28,849 nt of DNA from positions 1-28,849 of IMG/VR virus record IMGVR_UViG_3300048860_000016. The stretch is one strand, 5' to 3'. Numbering within the stretch: position 1 is the first letter of the stretch; each line of letters opens with the position of its first letter. Both the position numbers and the translations under genes were made by a program. A model generated the notes under the pieces. That model did not search any database and was not told where the DNA came from. It worked only from the letters and a program-made list of their open reading frames with translations. The DNA comes from a virus. Lineage: Duplodnaviria; Caudoviricetes. Positions 15,910-24,626 of the stretch are shown piece after piece.

Positions 15910-16118
15910 AGGCCGTGCCTTTCGAGGATCGCGATGGTCGAGCACGGCCAGCGTTCGGAGCAGTTGATGCACAACGTGGTTTCACGCTCGTGCAGTTCGC
16001 GGATTTCGGCGAGCGCGGCGGTCTGGTTGGTGATCTTGTCGGCGGCTCCGAGGAGTCGGTCTACGGCGCCGCGGCGTGCGGGGGTGTCGAGGTTGATCGC
16101 GCGCTGCTGTCCGACCAT
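15906..16118 (-). CDS. 70-aa phage protein (H...CxxC...WPC.T motif)
   Basis: IRELH...CINCSERWPCSTI motif common in actinophages; TGATG coupling. Confidence 0.72.
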   Translation of the reverse strand: MVGQQRAINLDTPARRGAVDRLLGAADKITNQTAALAEIRELHERETTLCINCSERWPCSTIAILERHGL

Positions 16119-16252
16119 CAGATGGTCACCTGTCCGATCGGGTACTCGTCGTCGTCGGCGGTCCATGCGTTCTCGTGTCCGTTGGGACACACGCCGGTGT
16201 TGTCGATGTCGTCGAACATGCGGCCGCAAGAGGAGCATTCAGTGATCCGCAT
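16118..16252 (-). CDS. 44-aa zinc-ribbon microprotein
   Basis: Manual translation MRITECSSCGRMFDDIDNTGVCPNGHENAWTADDDEYPIGQVTI; GAGGTGG SD; stop overlaps next ATG. Confidence 0.65.
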   Translation of the reverse strand: MRITECSSCGRMFDDIDNTGVCPNGHENAWTADDDEYPIGQVTI

Positions 16253-16865
16253 CGGGCACCACCTCGGCGCGAACGCTGACGGAGCGGGCGAACAGGGTGA
16301 GGGTGACGACCGCGGCTTCGCTGCCGTCGACGGTGAGTTTCTCGATGATCGGCGGCTGGTCCGCGGGCCAGGCCACTGTGGATCCGTTGATCCGCATACT
16401 GCGCGGCACGATGACGCCGACTCTGTTGGCTCGGTCGAGGTCGTCCTGGTCTCGGACGGGTTCGACGATTTCGAGGTCGATGCCGCGCGGCCCGGTCACT
16501 TCGTTGTAGGTGGCGGCGAAGATGTCCGGCTTGCACGGGTACTTCTCACCTTGGACTCCGGTGATGATCCAGTCACCCGGGCAGACGGTATGGCCGCCTT
16601 CGAGAGTGTCGATGTAGCCGTGCTCGTCGAAACGGTGATCGCAGCCTTCGCGGCGGAAGCGTTCCGGCACTGCTGGATCGGAGTGCTTGAGCTCGCCGAG
16701 GAGAATTGCATTGTCTGCGGCGCTCACCTCGCCGGTCTGCGGATCGACGGGCGGGTGGCAGAAGTAGTCGACGTCTCGCTTCACGCCTTCGACGTAGGGC
16801 GACACCTCGAACCACTGGTAGGCGTCGATCTCGACGGGCTTCTTGCGGTATCGCTGCGCGGTCAT
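16239..16865 (-). CDS. PGDYG-like (YRKKPV...TLEG...YPCKPDIF) phage protein fused to a second beta-rich domain
   Basis: YRKKPVEIDA...IDTLEG.H.V.PGDWII.GVQGE.YPCKPDIF.ATY then about 85 extra residues (IVP...RING...VTLTLFAR). Confidence 0.8.
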   Translation of the reverse strand: MTAQRYRKKPVEIDAYQWFEVSPYVEGVKRDVDYFCHPPVDPQTGEVSAADNAILLGELKHSDPAVPERFRREGCDHRFDEHGYIDTLEGGHTVCPGDWIITGVQGEKYPCKPDIFAATYNEVTGPRGIDLEIVEPVRDQDDLDRANRVGVIVPRSMRINGSTVAWPADQPPIIEKLTVDGSEAAVVTLTLFARSVSVRAEVVPDADH

Positions 16866-17350
16866 GCTGGTGCCTCGCTGTCGGTGAGGGTGCGGAGTTC
16901 CTGGAATGGGCCGGGGATGGTGGTGGCGGCCGAGCTGGGTTGCCAGCCGCTGGACGGCATGTAGGGGTTGAGGTGGAGCCAGCGGCCGAAGTCGACGACG
17001 TCGCCGGCGGTGCGCTGCCACCGATACAGGTGACCGTTGCGGAGCCCGAACCAGAGTGAGCCCCGGTCGGCGGGTCCGATGGAGTCGACTTGGCGCATGC
17101 CGTAGCGGAGGACGCGGTCCGGGTGGCCAGAACGACGCAGCAGCACGGTGGCTTCGGGGGCGTGGACCTGCTCGATGGCGTCGAGCGCGGACTCTTCGTG
17201 GCGGTACCGCTCGGAGGACCGTTCGAGGGGCTCGTGGTTCCCGGCGTCGGACACCATGAATCGGTACGGCTGCATCGGCTTCTGGCCGGGGAACCGGCGC
17301 AGCCCGGGCGGTGTCTTGATCAGCTCGACGACGATCGTGGGCTCGCTCAT
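16862..17350 (-). CDS. YegP/DUF1508-like N-terminal domain protein
   Basis: QPYRF....AGNHE.L..SSERY.....A..AI motif; GGAG SD; Trp-rich C-terminal extension. Confidence 0.6.
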   Translation of the reverse strand: MSEPTIVVELIKTPPGLRRFPGQKPMQPYRFMVSDAGNHEPLERSSERYRHEESALDAIEQVHAPEATVLLRRSGHPDRVLRYGMRQVDSIGPADRGSLWFGLRNGHLYRWQRTAGDVVDFGRWLHLNPYMPSSGWQPSSAATTIPGPFQELRTLTDSEAPA

Positions 17351-17352
17351 GA

Positions 17353-18666
17353 CTACTCTCCCTGCTCGCCGCGGATGGTGGCTTCGTTGATCCACTCGGT
17401 GACGTCGGCGTCCAACGTGCCGGCCTGTTTGCGGTCGAGGAGCCGGTTGCGGAGCACCTGCAGGGCCTCTTCGTCGAGGTCTTTCGACGACTGGATATCG
17501 GGCCGCTGGAGGATGGCGCGCATGACGACGAGGCGGTCTTCGCGGTCGTCGTCGCCGTTGAGGCCGAGGTCTCCGAAGGTGGCGAAGATGGCCCGCTCGA
17601 GCTGCTGGCGTGCGGCGGTGCGGAGTGGGCCCGGGTCGGGGATGGACGTCGTGTTCTCGACTTGCTGTGCGACCTCTTCGGTATCGCCAGCCCCGTCCCG
17701 GGTTTCCTCTTCCTGTGTTACTGGGGTGGTCTCGGTGCCGTCGTTGTCCTTGTCGGCGGCGGTCTTCGCCGCGCGCGGCTTGCGGGTGCGCTTCGGCTTC
17801 TCCTCGGCGGGCTGCTCCCCCGTGTCCGCGCCGGCGATCTCGTCGGCCGTCGACGACGACTCGGCGGCGAGCGGCGGAAACAGGTCATGCCGGCGCGCTT
17901 CGCCGCGGCTGATGGACTGTCCGGCGATGGTCAGCTGGGCGACGTCCTCTGGGGTCCACTGGCCGCGCTTCTTCTCGACGCGGATCTCGAGCTGCTTCTC
18001 GGTGACGCCGATGTCGGCGAAACGGTTGACCAGCGCGGCGATTCGTTCCTGTAGCGGCTTGCCTTCGCCGTTCTTCAGGGTGTTGTGGCAGATGTCCTGC
18101 GCCTTCTCGACGAACCAGCGCGGCAGGATGGTGTCGATGCACTCACGGACGGCGCGGGCGCCGACGTTCTGGTTGTTCAGGTAGATGTCGGTAAGGTCGA
18201 CGAGATCCTTGCGCTGCTGGACGCCGTCGATCTTCACCATGCGCTGATGCGGCACGATGAAGGTGCGCGACGAGCGGGTGTTCTTCTGGATGTCCCAGGC
18301 GAACGACTGCACCTCGGACTCGCCGGCGTCGTCGTTTCGGTGGAGCTCCTTGACGCCGTAGTCGACGTTCCCCCAGATGCGGGCCAGCTCGCGCATGAGG
18401 TGCACCGAGGGGCCGGTGCCGCGATTGGTGACCTGGTAGAAGGCGCGCTCGGCCATGGTCATGCGGCCGCAGACGTACTCCATTTCGCGTTCGGCGTCGG
18501 CCATGTTGCGGGGGCAGGACTGGGCGACGACGACTGCGGCCTGCACTTCGGCGATCGCGCGCTGCTGCTCGATGGCGGTGGCCTGGCTGACCGGCGCGGC
18601 CGGCCGGCCGCCGCCGAATGCGGGTCGGCCGTACTGTTGGGGCTGGATTTCGGTGGCTGCGGTCAT
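17353..18666 (-). CDS. Single-strand annealing protein (RecT/Rad52-like)
   Basis: ATGA-coupled to RecE-like gene; AEVQAAV.VA...PR...GPSV.L.RELARIWGN...AWD...N core, acidic linker, small helical C-terminal domain. Confidence 0.65.
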   Translation of the reverse strand: MTAATEIQPQQYGRPAFGGGRPAAPVSQATAIEQQRAIAEVQAAVVVAQSCPRNMADAEREMEYVCGRMTMAERAFYQVTNRGTGPSVHLMRELARIWGNVDYGVKELHRNDDAGESEVQSFAWDIQKNTRSSRTFIVPHQRMVKIDGVQQRKDLVDLTDIYLNNQNVGARAVRECIDTILPRWFVEKAQDICHNTLKNGEGKPLQERIAALVNRFADIGVTEKQLEIRVEKKRGQWTPEDVAQLTIAGQSISRGEARRHDLFPPLAAESSSTADEIAGADTGEQPAEEKPKRTRKPRAAKTAADKDNDGTETTPVTQEEETRDGAGDTEEVAQQVENTTSIPDPGPLRTAARQQLERAIFATFGDLGLNGDDDREDRLVVMRAILQRPDIQSSKDLDEEALQVLRNRLLDRKQAGTLDADVTEWINEATIRGEQGE

Positions 18667-19547
18667 GATGCGAGTTGCTCCTGTTCGCGGTAGATGGCGT
18701 AGGTGGGGTGCTGGATGGTGTGGATGCCGGGCGGGTAGCCGGGCCACTCCCCCGATTGGTGGCAGCGGGCCCAAAGGTCGACGGCCTTGCGGTTGAGTGC
18801 GCGGCCACGCTGGACGTCGTCGGGTTTCGACTCGTGGACGGTGACCTCGTACGGGTAGTCCTTCTCCTGGGCGATGAACACGAACAGCGGGTCGTCGTCG
18901 ATGCCGCAGGCGATGACGCCGTCGCGGTACCAGGCGTCTTGCTGGTGGTAGCCGTACTCGGACACGGACTTCCAGAAGGCACGTGGTGCAGCGTTTTTGG
19001 TCGTCTTGTAGTCGACGATGATGAGTCGGTTGCGGCCTGGGTGGAGCCAGTCGGCGCGCCACCGCAGGCGTGCGTTGGTGAGTGCGTCGTGCCAGTAGCC
19101 GGAGACTTCAGCGTCGCCGGCTGAGAGAAGCGCGGCGGCATACTCGTTGTCGAGAACGGCGGCGGCCATGGCCTCGGCGGTGCGGTAGTCGTCGAGACTG
19201 ATGGGCACGGCGCCGCGGGCCCGGGCCTCCTCCTCGGCTTCTTTCCACTTCGATGTGGAGCGCGGGTTCTTCGCCGGCTTGTCGTCGGCGGTGAGCCCGT
19301 GCACGGCGGGGTCGAGGACCGCGATGTCGGATCCCTTGCCGAGGATCAGATGGTGGGTGACGTGGCCGACGTCCCATTCGCGTTTCTCGACGCGCGGCTC
19401 GAGGTGGAACTTGCGCGGGCTGGTGGCGAGGATGCGGCGGGCGCCGCTGCTGGACAGGCTGTCTCGGTCGGCGTGGTAGACGTCTTCCGGGATGTCGGTA
19501 TAAACGCCGTCCTCGGCGGGCACGGAGAGCAGGCTGGGAGCGGTCAT
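18663..19547 (-). CDS. RecE/exonuclease VIII-like PD-(D/E)XK nuclease (DUF3799)
   Basis: GVY...YHAD..SLSSSG...G...H...AEVS.YW...R.R.D...IVDYKT...YGYH.Q.AWY..G...F.FIAQEK..PY. Confidence 0.92.
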   Translation of the reverse strand: MTAPSLLSVPAEDGVYTDIPEDVYHADRDSLSSSGARRILATSPRKFHLEPRVEKREWDVGHVTHHLILGKGSDIAVLDPAVHGLTADDKPAKNPRSTSKWKEAEEEARARGAVPISLDDYRTAEAMAAAVLDNEYAAALLSAGDAEVSGYWHDALTNARLRWRADWLHPGRNRLIIVDYKTTKNAAPRAFWKSVSEYGYHQQDAWYRDGVIACGIDDDPLFVFIAQEKDYPYEVTVHESKPDDVQRGRALNRKAVDLWARCHQSGEWPGYPPGIHTIQHPTYAIYREQEQLAS

Positions 19548-19786
19548 GATGCGGCTGCTTTCTCGGCGTCGCGGAGGTGGTCGACGAGGACGCGGTCGGC
19601 GACGACGACCAGGGCTCGGAGCGATTCGATGGACTGGAGTGCGCCGAGGACGTCGCCGTGCTTGATGGACGCTTCGACGACCTCGAGGCCGCGCCACAGT
19701 TCGGCGGTGGTTTGCAGCGTGAGGCGGCGTTCCTCGCGCCGGTTGCGGCGATCGCGTTGGCGCCGGTCGGCGCGCGCCGCGCTCAT
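19544..19786 (-). CDS. 80-aa helical hypothetical protein
   Basis: ATGA overlaps at both ends. Confidence 0.65.
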   Translation of the reverse strand: MSAARADRRQRDRRNRREERRLTLQTTAELWRGLEVVEASIKHGDVLGALQSIESLRALVVVADRVLVDHLRDAEKAAAS

Positions 19787-20832
19787 GCGCCCAGCCCGTC
19801 GAAGTCGAGCGCGGACTGGTGGAGGCGCTCGCGGAGGGTGAGGTCGAGGTATTCCGCGTTGATGTCGATGCCGATGTACCGCCGGCCGGTGCGTTGCGCG
19901 GCGAGTCCGGTGGTGCCGCTGCCGTTGAACGGATCAAGGACCGTGCCGGCCGGTTTGCAACCCGCGAGGATGCACCGCTGCGGCAGCGCCACGGGGAAGA
20001 CGGCGAAGTGCGCGCCAGGGAACGGGGCGGTCGGGATCGACCACACATCACCCGGGTTGCGCGTGCCGGGGTGATCAGGTGGTAGCTCGTGGCGCCTCCC
20101 AGTGGAGGCCTTCATCGCCTGCGGGTTCATGCCGGGCGCGTACGGCGTGCGGTCGCCGCGATGCTGCCGGTGCCCCTGTCCCGGAACGTCGGCTTCCTTG
20201 GTGTCGCGCGCCCAGTTCAACGCTGATGCGTGCTGCGTCGTGCATGGCTCACGAACAGCGTCGAGGTCGAACCAGTAGCGCCGCGACTTCGAGAACATGA
20301 AGACGTGCTCATAACGACCGCTGAGCCGGTCAGTGACGCTCTCCGGCATGGCGTTCGGCTTGTGCCAGATGATCGCGTTCCGCAGAATCCAGCCGTCGTC
20401 CTGGAGTGCGAACGCCACACGCCACGGAACCCCCATGAGGCTCTTCGCGGGCGGCATACCCGGACGGATGCTGCCGGTGCGTGCGGCCGATCCGTTGTAC
20501 GCTCCCTGTTCGATCAAATTGCGCTGATAGCCCTGCGGCGTCTTGCCCTGCGCGCCCCACGATCCGCTGTAACTGTCGCCGAGGTTGAGCCACAACGTGC
20601 CGTCGTCGGCGAGCACTCTGCGCAGCTCTGCGAACAGCGCCCGCATCGTCTCGACGTATTCAGCTGGCGACGACTCAAGCCCGTACTGCCCCTCGGTGCC
20701 GTAGTCGCGCAGACCGAAGTACGGCGGGCTGGTGACGATGCAATCCGCGGCGCCAGCGGGCAATTCGCGGGCGACGGCGAGCGCGTCTCCGAGGTGCAGC
20801 GTCACCTGGTCGTCGCTGTAGTGGATGGTCAT
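19783..20832 (-). CDS. Orphan amino-methyltransferase (N4-C/N6-A, beta class)
   Basis: TSPPY catalytic motif near N-terminus, [32 protein letters not shown] motif near C-terminus. Confidence 0.94.
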   Translation of the reverse strand: MTIHYSDDQVTLHLGDALAVARELPAGAADCIVTSPPYFGLRDYGTEGQYGLESSPAEYVETMRALFAELRRVLADDGTLWLNLGDSYSGSWGAQGKTPQGYQRNLIEQGAYNGSAARTGSIRPGMPPAKSLMGVPWRVAFALQDDGWILRNAIIWHKPNAMPESVTDRLSGRYEHVFMFSKSRRYWFDLDAVREPCTTQHASALNWARDTKEADVPGQGHRQHRGDRTPYAPGMNPQAMKASTGRRHELPPDHPGTRNPGDVWSIPTAPFPGAHFAVFPVALPQRCILAGCKPAGTVLDPFNGSGTTGLAAQRTGRRYIGIDINAEYLDLTLRERLHQSALDFDGLGA

Positions 20833-21173
20833 GCGGCACCTCGGTGGAGGTATCCCGCGATCCATTCGTCGGCGCCACTCGATCGGAGGTCGAACAGGTC
20901 GGCGAGGTCGGCTTCACTGCACATGATGAGGCGGGCGTAAAACGCGCGGAAGTTGTTGTTCAGCTTGAAATCCGGATCGTTCGTCGCGGTGGCGATCTCC
21001 CACCGAGCGCGCTCATACAACGCGCCGATACCGACCTTCCGCCGACCCGTGCGATTCACCCATTCGCGGGCGAGCCGGACCAGCACGACGTACACCTTGG
21101 GGTTCGCTTCGTGGAACTCCTCGAAGCGGTCCGCGATCGTCGGATCGAACGACAGGGCGAGCTGCTCAGTCAT
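20829..21173 (-). CDS. Conserved hypothetical phage protein
   Basis: F..FH..NP.VY...E..RW...FKLNNN.RA.YARL pattern; ATGA overlaps. Confidence 0.78.
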   Translation of the reverse strand: MTEQLALSFDPTIADRFEEFHEANPKVYVVLVRLAREWVNRTGRRKVGIGALYERARWEIATATNDPDFKLNNNFRAFYARLIMCSEADLADLFDLRSSGADEWIAGYLHRGAA

Positions 21174-21541
21174 GACGCTGCTCGCTTCGCGACGGGCAGC
21201 TCGGTGACCCAGGCGAACATGTCCTCGACGCGTTGGTCGACTGGGATGGCGGCCAGGGCAATGATCAGCAGGCGCTGGATCTCGGCGGCCGGCGTAGCTG
21301 TCAGGTACTCCCACACCACAGCGGGATCGGCGTCCTGAACCTGCTCGGCTAAGTCAGCGACGAGGTGTGCGCGGCCGACGTAGTCGGTGGCGGTGTGCCC
21401 GTCGAACGGCACCCGCTGCGTGGATAGCGGGCACGTCCGCTCCCCCGCGGCGTCGGTGTGGAGCTTGAACCGGTGGGCGTCGGTGCGGACCGCACGGTTG
21501 CAGCGCGGGCAGGTCGCGATGCCGGGCTTCGAGCGTCCCAT
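21170..21541 (-). CDS. Hypothetical protein with N-terminal CxxC..H..C zinc finger
   Basis: CPRC...F..H.......CP.S; TGATG and ATGA coupling. Confidence 0.72.
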   Translation of the reverse strand: MGRSKPGIATCPRCNRAVRTDAHRFKLHTDAAGERTCPLSTQRVPFDGHTATDYVGRAHLVADLAEQVQDADPAVVWEYLTATPAAEIQRLLIIALAAIPVDQRVEDMFAWVTELPVAKRAAS

Positions 21542-22119
21542 CAGACACCACCACCGATCGTGGCGACGCGCTGGGGCTGCATGATGGAGTCCCACTGGGC
21601 GCGGACCCAGAGGACGTCGCCCATCGCCGTGTGCCGGTTGTAGGTGTCGGGGTCGACGCCGACGGCGCGGGAGAGGGCGTTGGAGTCGTACGGCGGTGTG
21701 CACAGTTCGTAGCGGCTGCCGCCGGCGAGGAATCCGACGATTACGTTCTCGACGTCGATGAGGTGGTAGTGCCAGGACGGTTCCATGCCGTGGCGGCGGA
21801 TCAGTTTGGCGAGGCGCTCGGTGTCGAAGCTGGGCACGGCGCCGATGATGTGGGCGCCGCGGGTGATCAGGTTGATCATGACGGCGGCGTCGAACTCGGT
21901 TGCGGCGTCGGAACGCACGTAGCGGGCGTCGTAGTCGGCGCGGAACCGTGCCGGGAAGTGTTCCTCGGTCAACCAGCCGGCAGGGTCGTGCTGGATGCGG
22001 AACTCGGTGCGGTCCTCGTTGCCGTTGGCGAAGCGGCGGATCGCGGCGAATTCCCACACGGGGGCGTCCGGGTGTAGGCCGATCGACTCGATGTCCATGA
22101 AGACGATGTCGGCGGTCAT
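21541..22119 (-). CDS. DnaQ-like 3'-5' exonuclease (DEDDh)
   Basis: VFMDIES.GL, GAVPSFD, H.IDV, RHTAMGD motifs; ATG 22119 with AAAGGA SD. Confidence 0.88.
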   Translation of the reverse strand: MTADIVFMDIESIGLHPDAPVWEFAAIRRFANGNEDRTEFRIQHDPAGWLTEEHFPARFRADYDARYVRSDAATEFDAAVMINLITRGAHIIGAVPSFDTERLAKLIRRHGMEPSWHYHLIDVENVIVGFLAGGSRYELCTPPYDSNALSRAVGVDPDTYNRHTAMGDVLWVRAQWDSIMQPQRVATIGGGV

Positions 22120-22541
22120 GCGCAGTCCTTTCGGTAGGCGCTGCTTCGGCAGGCGGTGGAGCAGTAGTTCGTGGTGTCGGCGGAGGTGATGGTTTCTCCG
22201 CAGCCGCGGCATGGCCGGGCGTTGGTGCGGGTGATGTTGACTTCGGGGCCGCGGTCTCCGCGCTTCAGTGCGCGGCGTTCGCGTTCGGAGAGGCCGCCCC
22301 AGATGCCGAAACGTTCGTCGTGCTCGAGCGCGTAGTCGAGGCACTCCTCGCGGACGGGGCAGCCGATGCAGATGCGTTTCGCTTCGCGGGTCGAGCCGCC
22401 CTTCTCGGGAAAGAACGCTTCGGGATCTGTTTGGGCGCACAGCGCGTCGGCTTTCCAGGCGTCGACCTCGGTGTCGGTGTCGAGTCCCCAGGCGGAGCGG
22501 TGCGCGGAACCGTTGTCGGTGCCGTCGATGAACCCCTTCAC
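22116..22541 (-). CDS. whiB: WhiB-family regulator (WhiB2-like) with extra C-terminal zinc finger
   Basis: ALCAQTDPEAFFPEKGGSTREAKRICIGCPVREECLDYAL...FGIWGGLSERERR; tail CRGC...YCSTAC. Confidence 0.93.
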   Translation of the reverse strand: MKGFIDGTDNGSAHRSAWGLDTDTEVDAWKADALCAQTDPEAFFPEKGGSTREAKRICIGCPVREECLDYALEHDERFGIWGGLSERERRALKRGDRGPEVNITRTNARPCRGCGETITSADTTNYCSTACRSSAYRKDCA

Positions 22542-22867
22542 GCCCGCACCGCCTCAGCTGCGTGGGCGGCGCGGGTAAGCAGCGTTTGCACGGCGGCGCG
22601 GACGTTTCCGCCGCCGAGATAGTCGATCCGCCTGCTCGGCACGTCCATTCGGTCTGCGACCTGGCGGAAGAACTTCGCGTCGGTGTCGTGCGGGCCGCAG
22701 TGCGCGACGGACGGTAGTTCGATGACGGCCACCCCGGAGGCAGCGACCATTTCGGCCTGATGCTCGGCGAGCGCCGCACCGCTCGGGAAGGGGCCCGCGT
22801 TGCAGCCGCGGCACATCGCCCGTTCATCCCACTGGTGCGCGGCGAGCACCTCGGTCAGCGCGCTCAT
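22538..22867 (-). CDS. Hypothetical phage protein (H...CxxC...HQA motif)
   Basis: L.EVLAAH...CRGC...AEHQA; ATGA/GTGA overlaps. Confidence 0.72.
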   Translation of the reverse strand: MSALTEVLAAHQWDERAMCRGCNAGPFPSGAALAEHQAEMVAASGVAVIELPSVAHCGPHDTDAKFFRQVADRMDVPSRRIDYLGGGNVRAAVQTLLTRAAHAAEAVRA

Positions 22868-23631
22868 CGGAGGACCGTCCGTCCGTCGACGAGGAGTTCG
22901 GCGTGCCAGGGGCAGAGGGTGCCGATGGAGGCGTGGGTGACGGCTGCGGCTTGGTCGGGGGTGTAGCCGCCGAGGACTGCGGCCTGTTCGGCGGTGTCGA
23001 GGTCCATGCCGAGGTCGAACTGCTGGCAGATGACGCGGCCGACGTTGAGCATGGCGTCGCGAGTGCCGTACGGGACCGCGAGGTCGGTGACCGCGTCGAT
23101 GAACGCGGCCTCACTGGTGGTGTCGGCGCTAGCCGGGGGCGCGCTGCGGAGCCCTATCGGGACGATCAGTAGTGGTGCCAGCGCGATGGCCCACCACGGT
23201 GTGAGTCGCCGCCAGAGGCGTCGCCACCACGGCCGGTACGTCACCTGGGTGCGGATGATCCCGGTGGGGTCGATCGTTCCGACCGGCGCGAGGGCGGGGC
23301 CTTGCTGGCGCGGGCCGAGGTAGAAGTCGCGGCCTGGGATGAGGTACTGCGTGTCGCCGGGCGAACGCGGTACCGGCCACAGTTCGTCGGGGTAGAGGTC
23401 GTCGGGGTCGGCGTCGGCGATGATCGCCATCTCGCGCGCCTTGGCGCGCCAGCGCGCCCGGAAGGCGATGACTAGGTCGATGACGAAGAACGCGATCGTC
23501 GAGGCGGCCGACGCCCAGAACGCGGCCGGCCACCAGTTGATGAAGGCGCAGGCGGCGAGGGCGCTCGACACGACGGTGGCGAGCATGAACATGGTTCGTG
23601 CTGGGTGCTGGCTATGATTCGGGTTGTCCAC
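22864..23631 (-). CDS. Membrane protein with C-terminal DUF732 domain
   Basis: Two N-terminal hydrophobic helices, third TM/signal ending APPASAD, then AF...G..IC........S...LCP DUF732 pattern; GGAAGGA SD before GTG. Confidence 0.78.
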   Translation of the reverse strand: MDNPNHSQHPARTMFMLATVVSSALAACAFINWWPAAFWASAASTIAFFVIDLVIAFRARWRAKAREMAIIADADPDDLYPDELWPVPRSPGDTQYLIPGRDFYLGPRQQGPALAPVGTIDPTGIIRTQVTYRPWWRRLWRRLTPWWAIALAPLLIVPIGLRSAPPASADTTSEAAFIDAVTDLAVPYGTRDAMLNVGRVICQQFDLGMDLDTAEQAAVLGGYTPDQAAAVTHASIGTLCPWHAELLVDGRTVLR

Positions 23632-23700
23632 GACGGATGTCCTTCCGGTGTCGTTGTGGCTTGGCCGTCGTCCCGGGGCAAACGGGGCGGCGGCCGAACT
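23613..23700 (+). ncRNA. Candidate cis-antisense RNA over the RBS/start of the DUF732 gene
   Basis: Plus-strand TATGAT at 23613-23618 and 15-bp hairpin 23661-23697 that pairs fully (three G-U) only on the plus strand. Confidence 0.4.
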
Positions 23701-23914
23701 AGTTGTCGGGCTGGGTAAGTCGGTGCTCCTCGGAGGGCACGCGGGGGGTCGTGCTCACCTCCGAGGAGCGGACTCCGGCGGCTGGGCGCTCAACCGCCGG
23801 AGAGGTTTGGGGCCAACTGATTTCGCACTCGCGGCGTGGACCGTCATGGCCGGCGAGAAGAGCGCAGGTGCGCTTCCAGTCGGGCTCGACGACTCCACAA
23901 GCGCGGGCGGTCAT
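23699..23914 (-). CDS. 71-aa ORF overlapping a structured region
   Basis: ATGA overlap with xis-like gene; C...C.L.AGH.G motif at N-terminus; 3' half runs through stacked hairpins. Confidence 0.5.
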   Translation of the reverse strand: MTARACGVVEPDWKRTCALLAGHDGPRRECEISWPQTSPAVERPAAGVRSSEVSTTPRVPSEEHRLTQPDN

Positions 23915-24216
23915 GCGCTGGCCAGTCGGCGGCGGCTGGTGCGGGTCATCGAGGAGGCCATGGGGACGGCCGGCACGGACACGTTCGGCGGGCGCAGCAT
24001 GTCGATGGCCTGGGCGACGTCGGCTTCGGTGGCACGCCACTGCCGCGCGACCTTGTAACCGGGTAACTGCGGCTTAGCCTCGCCGCGGAGTCGCTTCGTC
24101 AGCCACTGCAGCTTGTGCTCCTCGACCGAGCCGACTGGATCAGCCGGATCCGGGCCGGGGCCTAGCAACGCTGCCGCGTACTCCTTGAGTGACAGAGTTT
24201 GAATGTCGGCGGTCAT
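23911..24216 (-). CDS. Excisionase-like HTH protein
   Basis: SL.E.A...WL...LR.....GYKV.RQWR.TE.D...AI, tail SMT.TSRRRL; position downstream of cro. Confidence 0.7.
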   Translation of the reverse strand: MTADIQTLSLKEYAAALLGPGPDPADPVGSVEEHKLQWLTKRLRGEAKPQLPGYKVARQWRATEADVAQAIDMLRPPNVSVPAVPMASSMTRTSRRRLASA

Positions 24217-24626
24217 GAGTTCGCCACCAACGGTCGCCAAGGCGCGGTGTAACTGACGTCGGGGTAGGCGGCATCGGCTTCCGCAGATGCGGAGTCGTAG
24301 GCGTTATGCCAGTTGTGTCCTTCGGCCTGAAGCGCGCGCATCCGGCGCCGGATGTATCCGGACCGAATGTTGATGACGCTCTGCTTGGCTGGGGTCCAGC
24401 CATACAGCGGGTGCTCCGTCTCGGCCGCGGTTCGTTCTTTCTGGCGAGCCACCTCGCGTGTGAACGGACCATGCACCTTGAAAGAGATCGCCTGGGATAC
24501 CACCTCCGGGCGCTCGGTTCGATGCTCCTTCCACCGGCGGCGGAGATTATTGGTGCAGCCGACGTAGAGCAGTTCTCCGTTGCGGTCGAACATGCGGTAA
24601 ACGAAGAAAGCGCGGACGGAGCTCAT
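24213..24626 (-). CDS. GIY-YIG nuclease family protein
   Basis: FVYRMFD..GELLYVGCT.NL.RR..EH...A...E......E.P.Y. Confidence 0.85.
   Translation of the reverse strand: MSSVRAFFVYRMFDRNGELLYVGCTNNLRRRWKEHRTERPEVVSQAISFKVHGPFTREVARQKERTAAETEHPLYGWTPAKQSVINIRSGYIRRRMRALQAEGHNWHNAYDSASAEADAAYPDVSYTAPWRPLVANS

Noticed and set aside
13981-20832. Restriction-modification system
   Set aside because: Neither methyltransferase has an adjacent restriction endonuclease; both sit in the lytic early operon as orphans.
23704-23725. Second TGTCGG as another PafBC promoter
   Set aside because: No TANNNT 10 nt downstream.
23661-23818. tRNA gene in the hairpin cluster
   Set aside because: No T-loop GTTCRA, D-loop or acceptor stem geometry; stems too long.
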